DNA of 43,350 nucleotides from a virus (taxonomy: Duplodnaviria; Caudoviricetes). A program made the position numbers and the translations under genes. The DNA is taken from positions 1 to 43,350 of the IMG/VR virus record IMGVR_UViG_3300044210_000067, one strand, 5' to 3'. The notes beneath the pieces are model-generated. The model did no database searches. It was given only the letters and a program-made list of their open reading frames with translations, and was not told the DNA's origin. Of this stretch, positions 34,743 through 42,822 are shown in pieces. Numbering within the stretch: the stretch's first letter is position 1; every line of letters begins with the position of its first letter.

Positions 34743-35390
34743 ATGAGTATTGGCGGCCAAGCATCTGGCGACTTTCGTCTCGGCCAAGGTGCTCTGCGCA
34801 TTCTTTATTCGCTAATCAAGGACACAATTCCTGTTCTTGCGGCGGATGGATTCACGCAGAGCAATCCAAACGTTGTGGTGACAGTTGCGAATGTATCAAG
34901 CACCCTTCCTGCGAACGTAAAAAGAGGCGTTCTCGGTGGATCGGTGGCTTTTACCCGTCCCGATATAGGGGCGAACACAGTTGGTGGTGCACTGCTGGTC
35001 GGTGGCATCTATGTGCCGAGGATGCGTCCTCTCGGACTATTCCTGAATGACGCAGTTGGCAATGCATATGAGAACACTCCAGGTACGGCATCAGGCAAGG
35101 GTCCGTTCCTGCGTGGTGGTGCATGCGGGGTCAAGATCTACGAGACCAATCGGCAACTTGGTGGTAGTACCGATTTGGTCTACTACACAGGTGACCTCCT
35201 TTATGCATCAGTAAACGGTTATCTTACTAACCGGTGGCAAGACTCGCTCGAGTCTGCATGGCTAACACAAACCAGTGGCGGCTCTGGCGGCGCTGGTGCA
35301 CCAATTGAACCGGACGTGACCCGCATGGGTGTCGTCCTTTCGCCCCCAGATTCAATCAACGGAGAGCTCTTCGTAGAGCTCTACTTCTAA
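34743..35390 (+). CDS. Putative capsid decoration/cement protein
   Basis: Gly-rich beta-type sequence (PLGLFLND...GDLLYASVNGYLT...MGVVLSPP) directly upstream of the capsid gene; SD GGAG. Confidence 0.6.
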   Translation: MSIGGQASGDFRLGQGALRILYSLIKDTIPVLAADGFTQSNPNVVVTVANVSSTLPANVKRGVLGGSVAFTRPDIGANTVGGALLVGGIYVPRMRPLGLFLNDAVGNAYENTPGTASGKGPFLRGGACGVKIYETNRQLGGSTDLVYYTGDLLYASVNGYLTNRWQDSLESAWLTQTSGGSGGAGAPIEPDVTRMGVVLSPPDSINGELFVELYF

Positions 35391-35412
35391 GGATAAGGGA
35401 GGTAAAAGGACC

Positions 35413-36303
35413 ATGAACCCCTTCGGTATACAGGTAGTTGATAACGCCCTTAAGGAAAGACTGGTGGACCAGCACATTGGGAGCGGCGCAGGTCGTAAGC
35501 GCATTGCCGCCTCGATGGTCCAACCTCTACGTGATCGTAGAGATTACTCTTCCGTTGGTCGGAAGACATTTCTTGTTGAGCAGATACCGGACGGTGCCAT
35601 GCCGGTGTACGACAAGGACCCGGAAGTGGTGGCGTATGTCATCGGTGAAGAGGGCGAAAGCATTACTGCAATTGCCAAGCCTCGCCGTGTGATTTTCCCA
35701 CTGTTCGAGATTGCAGCTCTACCCAAAGCTCCACTGACTCAGGTCAAGGAACGCCGGTACGACCTCCTGAAGCGTATGCAGGATCTTGGCAAGGCTCAGA
35801 TCCAGGCTGCAGAAGATGATCGAGTCTTCTCGATCATGGATGCAGTTGCTGTTAACGGGTTCGATTCACTTCCGGGTGGAACGAATCCAGATATTCCGGT
35901 TGTTGCTCCTATATCGCCGGATATCCTTGCAGATGCATATGCTGAAATAGAAGGTCACGACCTTCGTGTTGCTCGTGTGTTCCTGAATGCACGTGATTAT
36001 GCGGATATCCGGAAGTTTGGACGCGATGTCTTGGACATTGAATCGCAGGCAACTCTGTGGAAGACGGGCATGATGGCAACTGGGTGGAATGCCCAGTTTA
36101 TTGTCAGCCGTCTTGTTCCTGCCGGCGTGGTTTATATTTGCTGCGAACCGGCGCAATTTGGACGAATCCCAGTTCGTACCGAATTGACTGTATTGTCTGC
36201 AGACAATTCTGAGGACAGGACGATTGGATTCTCGATGTTTGAGAATTTAGGCATCGGGGCTTACAACCCACGCGGTCTAGTTCGTCTTATCGTCCAGCGG
36301 TAA
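35413..36303 (+). CDS. Major capsid protein (HK97 fold, compact/encapsulin-like size)
   Basis: Strong SD AAGGGAGGT. Backbone-helix-like DLLKRMQDLGKAQIQAAEDDRVF, P/A-domain-like VFLNARDYADIR, C-terminal GIGAYNPRGLVRL. Followed by a terminator. Confidence 0.82.
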   Translation: MNPFGIQVVDNALKERLVDQHIGSGAGRKRIAASMVQPLRDRRDYSSVGRKTFLVEQIPDGAMPVYDKDPEVVAYVIGEEGESITAIAKPRRVIFPLFEIAALPKAPLTQVKERRYDLLKRMQDLGKAQIQAAEDDRVFSIMDAVAVNGFDSLPGGTNPDIPVVAPISPDILADAYAEIEGHDLRVARVFLNARDYADIRKFGRDVLDIESQATLWKTGMMATGWNAQFIVSRLVPAGVVYICCEPAQFGRIPVRTELTVLSADNSEDRTIGFSMFENLGIGAYNPRGLVRLIVQR

Positions 36304-36326
36304 CTATTAGTTACACTTAGAACGAG

Positions 36327-36371
36327 CGTCTAAGCCCTGATACCATATGGTGTCGGGGCTTAGATGTATTT
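36327..36371 (+). terminator. Probable rho-independent terminator after the capsid gene
   Basis: CGTCTAAGCCCTGATACC-ATAT-GGTGTCGGGGCTTAGATG, a long stem with G-U pairs, followed by TATTT. Confidence 0.7.
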
Positions 36372-36401
36372 GGCATAAATGATCATGGTGTACCATAAGT
36401 A

Positions 36402-37928
36402 ATGGGCTGCAAAAAATGCTCATCTGCCAATGATTCTTTTTTTGGATACTGCAATGCATGTTCGCAGCAGGCCAGCTATTTGGAGAAATATCCCGGCTTA
36501 CAGTCTTTTCTTTCTCTTGAGTCGATATCCCTTCTTGCAGGAAAGGTTTCAGCATCTGACAATTTGATTTTAGAGTGCAAGTGCCAGGTATGTCAAAGGC
36601 AATCTCAAGTGAAGCTGATCAGCGTGCTGAAGCAGTATAGGCGCCATACCAATGCTAAGCGCCCCATCTTCTATCGTTGTCTGCGCTGTTCTAAGGCCGG
36701 AGTAACGCATCTGACTGTTGACACTGTTCAGAGTGTGATCGATATAGAATCAACGATGATGCAGTTTGGAGGCCTTCCGAAGAATGTGAAGCACGGCAAA
36801 GTAGTAGCCATTTGTGAAGATTGTCATCAGTCCCAGACAGTTAAACTTAGCAGTCTCTTGCATCAAGCAAGAAGGCACCGTATGGCTGGAAGAACGTGCA
36901 TCTATAAGTGCTTCCGATGCGGTATAACACGTGAGGATGCTGTTGTTAGGTCTGCCGTTGCTAGAGCCAAGCAGCTGTCTAATGGGTTTCGATCATGTCT
37001 GGAGACAGCAATGACGAATCGACTTACGACCCTAGGTATTAGTTTTTGGTCGCAGCATGCCGTCGGCCTCTACACATGGGATTTCTTCCTGCCAGATTTC
37101 GGAATTCTCATTGACGTTGATGGGGAATATTGGCATTCAAGGCATGATAGAATTTGTAAGGACACGGCCAAGATGACCTATACACAGCGGTACTTTCCGG
37201 AATATCGTACCGTTCGAATTGAAGAGAAAAATTTTCTGAATCCGGCCATTGTGGATCGTCTATTACTAGCTCTACTAGGTCAGCTTCCGGCTCCAGTCAA
37301 GATTGACTTTGATTTTGCCAACGTGTCAGTGGATAAAGTTGGTGGTAAGGGGGATCCTGTAGATGTATATCGTTCTTTCCTTGATTCTTATCATTATGCC
37401 CAATGCGGCCGGCCCGGATTTGTGGTCTATGGTGCGGTCTTAGCTAGTGAATTAATTGCAGTGTGCAAATTCAACTCTGTCACCAGGCAGGGTACGCCTG
37501 CGGCTCGTGGCCTCAAATGTCACGAGGTTTTAGAGCTCGATCGCTTTTGTATTCACCCGTCTTATCAGAAAAAGAATTTTGCATCATGGTTCCTCTCTCG
37601 GTGCATATCTCGCGTTTTTTCTGACTATTCTGGTATAGCAGAACTTGTTAGCTTTGCCGACGAGACCTTCGGCCATTCAGGGACGATTTATGCCGCGTCG
37701 AACTGGGTATACATCGGGCATACTAGACCAAGTTATCACTATATGGATCCCTTAGGAGTAGCAATTAATAAGAAGAGGGTCTATGATATCGCATCCAAGC
37801 TCAAAATGACTGAGCGGGAATATGCTGATAAGCATGAATTGGCTCAGTTTGCTGAGAAGCCTAAGGCCAAGTATGTTTTTCCTCGTAGGAACCGGAGAAT
37901 AACTTCATCTATAACCAGACTCCAATGA
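36402..37928 (+). CDS. Fusion protein: multiple Zn ribbons + Vsr/DUF559-like endonuclease + Mom-like GNAT domain (paralog of 7949-9796)
   Basis: Three CxxC...CxxC modules; YTWDFFLPDFGILIDVDGEYWH; FLDSYHY...LELDRFCIHPSYQKKNFASWFLSRC...SFADETFGHSGTIYAASNW. Confidence 0.8.
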   Translation: MGCKKCSSANDSFFGYCNACSQQASYLEKYPGLQSFLSLESISLLAGKVSASDNLILECKCQVCQRQSQVKLISVLKQYRRHTNAKRPIFYRCLRCSKAGVTHLTVDTVQSVIDIESTMMQFGGLPKNVKHGKVVAICEDCHQSQTVKLSSLLHQARRHRMAGRTCIYKCFRCGITREDAVVRSAVARAKQLSNGFRSCLETAMTNRLTTLGISFWSQHAVGLYTWDFFLPDFGILIDVDGEYWHSRHDRICKDTAKMTYTQRYFPEYRTVRIEEKNFLNPAIVDRLLLALLGQLPAPVKIDFDFANVSVDKVGGKGDPVDVYRSFLDSYHYAQCGRPGFVVYGAVLASELIAVCKFNSVTRQGTPAARGLKCHEVLELDRFCIHPSYQKKNFASWFLSRCISRVFSDYSGIAELVSFADETFGHSGTIYAASNWVYIGHTRPSYHYMDPLGVAINKKRVYDIASKLKMTEREYADKHELAQFAEKPKAKYVFPRRNRRITSSITRLQ

Positions 37929-37970
37929 TGCCGATGCCACTAGCGTAGCCTTCTTTTTCGTCGTTTCGAT

Positions 37971-38708
37971 GTGAATTCCAGGACCCTAGTCCGTATCATG
38001 CTTCGTGTTGCTGGCACTATTCGTGTGTCGCAAGAAATTACGATATTTGAGCTGCCATATGCTAAGGGTTTGGATCCGTCCAAGCTTGACAAGAAAATGC
38101 CAGATAGGTCGAAAGAAGTGCTGAGCGACCTTATCAAGGATAATGGTGGCAGACAAATCAGGTTTGAAGATGATCATCTTCGATTCGAGGTACCGGAGGA
38201 AAGAGTTCATTTTCTTGAGGCTGATCTTAAGGATTGGTCAGAATTAGATAAGAGTTCCAAACTCTTCCAGATGCCCAGAATGCTTCAATACCCAAAGATG
38301 GAAGTGAAGAAACCATCAGATACCAAGCGTCGTCCGGGTGGAGATGACGTCACATCAGAATCTAATCGGAAAAAAGCTCCGAAATCCAAAGAACGTGGAG
38401 TACGAGACGAGCGGACTCAGACACCTGTTAAGTCATCGGGAGGTGGCACGGCGCCAACGGAGAAGACAGAGGGTAAGAGTTTCCGTGTTGAGATTCCGGT
38501 GAGTATGCGTGGTTTAGTGCGAAGACTCCAAGGAAACCCACATCTTAAGACGGTGCTTGAGGAATATGGTGGTAAGCCTGGTAAGGGTGAAGGTTTGGTT
38601 ATGGAGTTTCCGGATAGAAAGAAACGCTCGGAAATATTAGATGAAATTTCCGACGCAGTTCAAAGCTCTGGATTTTTGCGTGAGATCCTTGATCTGGCTG
38701 AAATTTAA
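37971..38708 (+). CDS. Hypothetical protein (charged, two small domains with a disordered linker)
   Basis: 245-aa ORF with a GTG start. Confidence 0.7.
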   Translation: MNSRTLVRIMLRVAGTIRVSQEITIFELPYAKGLDPSKLDKKMPDRSKEVLSDLIKDNGGRQIRFEDDHLRFEVPEERVHFLEADLKDWSELDKSSKLFQMPRMLQYPKMEVKKPSDTKRRPGGDDVTSESNRKKAPKSKERGVRDERTQTPVKSSGGGTAPTEKTEGKSFRVEIPVSMRGLVRRLQGNPHLKTVLEEYGGKPGKGEGLVMEFPDRKKRSEILDEISDAVQSSGFLREILDLAEI

Positions 38709-38747
38709 TCATTATTATATACTATAACTTTTTCGAATTGATGCATA

Positions 38748-39263
38748 ATGGCTTTCATCGGAATCCCGATACCCGCACAGGAAATTACGAAACTGGCAAT
38801 GACGGCAACAAAGCTGCCAGGTCAACTTGAACCGCCGTCTGAGTATCATACGACATTATTCTACCTTGGTAAGGGAACGTCATTCAGTGTGCTCATGCAA
38901 GCCTTGGTTGCGATTCAGCCAGTTGTAGCTTCATACTCCAAATTTCTTGTAGGTGCAGCTCGGATGATTGCATTTCCGAAGGGTGATGATGGGCACCCAC
39001 TTGTGGCGCGTGTCTTGAGTCCTGTGCTGCATAATTTACGGACCATGCTTGCGACGGTGTTGGACACCGCTGGTGTTTCATATTCTAAGAAATGGCCTAT
39101 ATGGATCCCGCATATATGTCTTTCGTACTCTCCTCATACGATGCTTGCCAATGACTTAGTAACGCCTATTGTTTGGCAGGTGGATAAAGTGCACGTATGG
39201 GGAGGAGATGACTGGAACACTCGTTTCCATGCAGAACTTGAACTCGGCACAGCCTGGCCGTAA
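38748..39263 (+). CDS. 2H phosphoesterase (2'-5' RNA ligase / Acb1-like)
   Basis: AFIGI at the N-terminus and two H-x-T-like motifs: YHTTLFYLG and PHICLSY. Confidence 0.82.
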   Translation: MAFIGIPIPAQEITKLAMTATKLPGQLEPPSEYHTTLFYLGKGTSFSVLMQALVAIQPVVASYSKFLVGAARMIAFPKGDDGHPLVARVLSPVLHNLRTMLATVLDTAGVSYSKKWPIWIPHICLSYSPHTMLANDLVTPIVWQVDKVHVWGGDDWNTRFHAELELGTAWP

Positions 39264-39292
39264 ATTCACATATCTCGTGCGTATGTTACGGA

Positions 39293-40432
39293 ATGCCAAC
39301 ATATACTATTGAAATGCTGTGGCAGTGTGGGACCTGTGGTCATCGTGATAATAAGGGTCTCTCGCCAAAGTGTGAAAGCTGTGGAAAACCAAAGGATGAC
39401 CGAGATCTCGAATACTTCCCAGAAGATGTATCCGAGACAGCAGAGTTGTCTGGTAAAAAACTCGAGCGAGCATTGTCCGGTCCTGACTGGATCTGCAAAT
39501 ATTGCGAGACACGCCAAAATAAGGCTGATCGAATATGTTATAATTGCGGATGTGATCAGAATACTGGAAATATTTATAAGACACGTGATCTCGAATTATC
39601 CGAGAAAGCTGATGAATCAAATAGACTTGAGTTTTCCAAAGAAGACGATAAAACCAACGAAACCAATAAACTAAAGTCAGTCGGCGCACCACTGCTTACC
39701 ACTCAGTTAAAACAGGCTCGCACAAGTGGAATCTCACGACGTTCTTGGATACTACCAGGATTGGTACTGATTGCTGCGTTGTCTGGGGTAGTGGCTTTAC
39801 TTTGGTGGTTATTTCTTCCGAGTTATGTTGAAGCACGAGTAACCGCAGTACATTGGTCCTGCACAGCTCGATATTGGGCTCAGCGTCCTGTAAGATATGA
39901 GGGTTGGCAGGTTCCGCCGGGTGCCTTCCAAGTGGAGAACCTTGGTCAGCGGGTGCAATCCTACAATGAACGCGACTGTGACTGTAGATCAGTGCCAAAG
40001 ACATGCACAAAAAGTGAACGTGTGTGCACAAAGACGAATCGGGAATGCAAAAGTAACAAGAATGGCTCGGCGACGTGTACCGGTGGCGATAATGTTTGTA
40101 CCGGTGGCGATAATATTTGTACCGGTGGGGGTATTAAATGCCGTACCTGTCGCGATCCTGTGCTCGCTCAGTGGTATTCATGGTTGCATACGGAGCGAGT
40201 ACTAACTAATACACTAACTCAATCAGGCGATACTTTCGTAGTGAAGATTCCTTCGGAATGGGATAAAGATCATCCCGAATATAATTGGTTGTGGGAAACT
40301 GTATTTACTGGGGATGATGGGCGGACTTATACATACCATCCGAAATCACCGGAGGAATGGAGAAGCATGCCGGTCGGCTATGGTCGTCAGTTGCGCGTCA
40401 ATAAAATAGGTTTCCAGTTAACGCCTGGCTAG
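39293..40432 (+). CDS. Membrane protein with two RanBP2-like Zn ribbons and a Cys-rich external domain
   Basis: WQCGTC...CESCG; GPDWICKYC...CYNCG; TM segment WILPGLVLIAALSGVVALLWWLFL; Cys-rich C-terminal region. Confidence 0.8.
   Translation: MPTYTIEMLWQCGTCGHRDNKGLSPKCESCGKPKDDRDLEYFPEDVSETAELSGKKLERALSGPDWICKYCETRQNKADRICYNCGCDQNTGNIYKTRDLELSEKADESNRLEFSKEDDKTNETNKLKSVGAPLLTTQLKQARTSGISRRSWILPGLVLIAALSGVVALLWWLFLPSYVEARVTAVHWSCTARYWAQRPVRYEGWQVPPGAFQVENLGQRVQSYNERDCDCRSVPKTCTKSERVCTKTNRECKSNKNGSATCTGGDNVCTGGDNICTGGGIKCRTCRDPVLAQWYSWLHTERVLTNTLTQSGDTFVVKIPSEWDKDHPEYNWLWETVFTGDDGRTYTYHPKSPEEWRSMPVGYGRQLRVNKIGFQLTPG
40076..40128 (+). repeat. 21-bp tandem repeat (CTGGDN[V/I]) x2.5
   Basis: TGTACCGGTGGCGATAATGTT / TGTACCGGTGGCGATAATATT / TGTACCGGTGG. 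Confidence 0.9.
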
Positions 40433-40989
40433 AATGGCACAGGACCGCTAGCACTTGTTGTCAATTCGGCGTTCAACCGCATCAGCTTCCCTTGTGCCTC
40501 TAGTGTGAGCACCTCGGTCTTCTGGAGCATAGGACTACTGCCGTCTATGCCTTTGCGTAATCTTACCCAGCGAAGAGCAGCATCAACTGCTGCATCCATA
40601 GCTTTATCAAATCGGACCTGTTCTTGCTGTTGGTGTGATTCCAGCCATGCATTAGCAGTCAGTCCGATTTCCCACATGCAACGTAATAAATCTGGTGGCA
40701 CCTCCACGCTGCCCCAGTCCTGATTTCCTGTAAGTATCTGGGTGAGAGTATCTGGGGTACGACCTTTTTTAGCCCTAGCATCAAGTTTTGTGGCCGCTGT
40801 CTCGAGAATTGCTAAAGCCTCGGACGGTTTCACACTTGTAGCCCATATATCTAACAGAAATACATCCGAGTTGGCCTCCATGGCCAAGGATTCGGCTGCC
40901 TTAGGCGATAATTGAAGCTCTTGCTTTCCCCACGTTTCGGCCGCTTCTCTTAGCTCCCGGGCTATTTCTTCATATGTTTGTTCTTTCAT
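40429..40989 (-). CDS. Hypothetical helical protein
   Basis: In frame with the listed 40429-41010 ORF. The second ATG (40989) is preferred because it carries the CGTA-N9-ATG motif. Confidence 0.7.
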   Translation of the reverse strand: MKEQTYEEIARELREAAETWGKQELQLSPKAAESLAMEANSDVFLLDIWATSVKPSEALAILETAATKLDARAKKGRTPDTLTQILTGNQDWGSVEVPPDLLRCMWEIGLTANAWLESHQQQEQVRFDKAMDAAVDAALRWVRLRKGIDGSSPMLQKTEVLTLEAQGKLMRLNAELTTSASGPVPF

Positions 40990-41025
40990 GGTGGAACGTA
41001 CGCTTTTCATGTTTTGTTCTTGTTG

Positions 41026-41853
41026 ATGGATCCACGTATTTTTGTTTCATGCCTTCGAAGAATATCCACCTACATCAGTTCGAATCCCGTTCCGGATAAG
41101 TATAAAGTGCGTTCGGCTGTATTACAGTTGCTTTTTGCGACTGATCGGACTTTATCGCTTACGGTTCGGGATGCCTTGCTCCGGGAGATCGCGAAGCTTG
41201 TTCCTGGGGAATTCGGGGGCGAGACATATGATACTAATCCAGGAGGCAAGGGCTTTCGTCCGGGATATGTGTCATTCGGACTGGACCCCAGCACTTGGGA
41301 AGAGGCCCAAATAATTGGCGGCATTCTTTTCCGATGCACTTATAACCCAGCAGAATTCAGATCTGAGGAACCAGATCCGAAAGCTCAGGAACGCGCCGGA
41401 TGGAAAGGGCACTCACAAGGTGGTGGTGTCGTTTCTCTTAAAATTGAATGCGGCTATTACAACAAGTTGGTGGATGGGTCCTACCAAAGCGAACGAAAGC
41501 TGGGTGAGGCTAGGGTACTTGTTGATGATCAAGAACAGACCATAGACGTCGAGATCCCAGATCCTGCAACTTTTGCTAGTGGTATCAAGGATCTTATTCA
41601 GGAGATCAAGGCTGAGCCACCTGCTATAGCGCAGTCTGCTGCACGTAAGCGTCAGTTGCAAGCGCCGACAACGAGTCCAACAGCACTCCTTACTTGGCTG
41701 GTGAAGACCAATCAGGATTCTGTTGGAAGGTCCGAGATTGAGGCTTTGGTGCGGGCTATGGCAGGGCGTACTGATCGGACTTATTCGAACGTATTGGAAG
41801 AGGTTACGGCCTTTTTCCGTAAAAGGCACTGGCCAATCGACCCTAATAAATAA
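41026..41853 (+). CDS. Hypothetical protein
   Basis: ATG 41026 (MDPRIF...) is in frame with the listed 40978 ORF and avoids overlap with the divergent gene. Confidence 0.72.
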   Translation: MDPRIFVSCLRRISTYISSNPVPDKYKVRSAVLQLLFATDRTLSLTVRDALLREIAKLVPGEFGGETYDTNPGGKGFRPGYVSFGLDPSTWEEAQIIGGILFRCTYNPAEFRSEEPDPKAQERAGWKGHSQGGGVVSLKIECGYYNKLVDGSYQSERKLGEARVLVDDQEQTIDVEIPDPATFASGIKDLIQEIKAEPPAIAQSAARKRQLQAPTTSPTALLTWLVKTNQDSVGRSEIEALVRAMAGRTDRTYSNVLEEVTAFFRKRHWPIDPNK

Positions 41854-42123
41854 TTAGTCAGCGTGTATCTGGTCGGCGGCAATAGCAGCTTTGAGGTCGT
41901 TGTTTTCCAGAGCTGTTTTGAGTCCATTAATATTGGCTGTCCACGGCGACAGCCATCGGATAATATTCCCATCATCTGTTAGTCTGCATGCAGGAACGTC
42001 CCATTCGCCGCGGAGACGGATTGTCACGGTATATTCGCGCCGTTCCCGATAGCCTGGCATGGGGAGGAGAGCCTTGGTTATGAAAGCTATGGCGTCGTCT
42101 GGGAGATCACATTGCCATATCAT
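41854..42123 (-). CDS. Hypothetical protein
   Basis: 89-aa ORF whose stop abuts the convergent neighbour; CGTA-N9-ATG upstream. Confidence 0.65.
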   Translation of the reverse strand: MIWQCDLPDDAIAFITKALLPMPGYRERREYTVTIRLRGEWDVPACRLTDDGNIIRWLSPWTANINGLKTALENNDLKAAIAADQIHAD

Positions 42124-42313
42124 GCTTACCTATACGTTTTAGGTTAACAGACTTACGATTTTGTGTCTCTCTGGTCGGATATGCTTATTAAAGTGGCTCT
42201 TTGAAATTAGAATCAACTAATAGGCAAATTTTGTTTTGAGAATGCGTCTATAGATTCTTTTTGGGCTGTATGGGACGTACGGCTCATGTCTACGGTGTGA
42301 AGCCGAGGGATTC

Positions 42314-42802
42314 ATGAAGATTTCCAACATTACTCACCTGCACGCTGATGGTCCACGGCGCCTTTATCTAAAGGATCTCAAGTTTTTGCCTGAAGCTCAG
42401 ACTGAGGGGCGCCGCAGTGACGATTTGTACTTGGACCCGGTAGGGCAGGCACCTCTGGTTAGGCAAGGAATCTATGTTCCGCCACGGACTTATATATATC
42501 TGCCAGACACATCTGAGGTGCTTCGTAGTGCTTCTTATGGTGACATTCATAAATGGGTCGCCATGGGGTATTTACAGACGCATGATCGATTGAGTCTGAC
42601 AGCTGTTGGTGGATTGCATGATACAGAGGTCCTGACACATAATCTTGGATATGCTCCGACGGTGGTTGCACTGAAGCAGGTTGGTATAACCTGGATAGAT
42701 GCAACTGGCACGGTTGATATCGTGCATAATGCAAACTTCACGACAGTAACGATTTCCAACCCGACAGGGGTCGCGCTTGTGCTCCTGATCAAGATTTCTT
42801 GA
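42314..42802 (+). CDS. Putative structural protein
   Basis: 162-aa ORF with SD GAGGG. C-terminal LTHNLGYAPTV...VTIS beta motif of a kind seen in phage fibre/structural proteins. Upstream of the collagen gene. Confidence 0.6.
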   Translation: MKISNITHLHADGPRRLYLKDLKFLPEAQTEGRRSDDLYLDPVGQAPLVRQGIYVPPRTYIYLPDTSEVLRSASYGDIHKWVAMGYLQTHDRLSLTAVGGLHDTEVLTHNLGYAPTVVALKQVGITWIDATGTVDIVHNANFTTVTISNPTGVALVLLIKIS

Positions 42803-42822
42803 GGAAGGGAGTGAAACGGTAA

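Noticed and set aside
35413-36303. Capsid gene as a cellular encapsulin
   Set aside because: The context of terminase, portal, protease and scaffold indicates a phage capsid.
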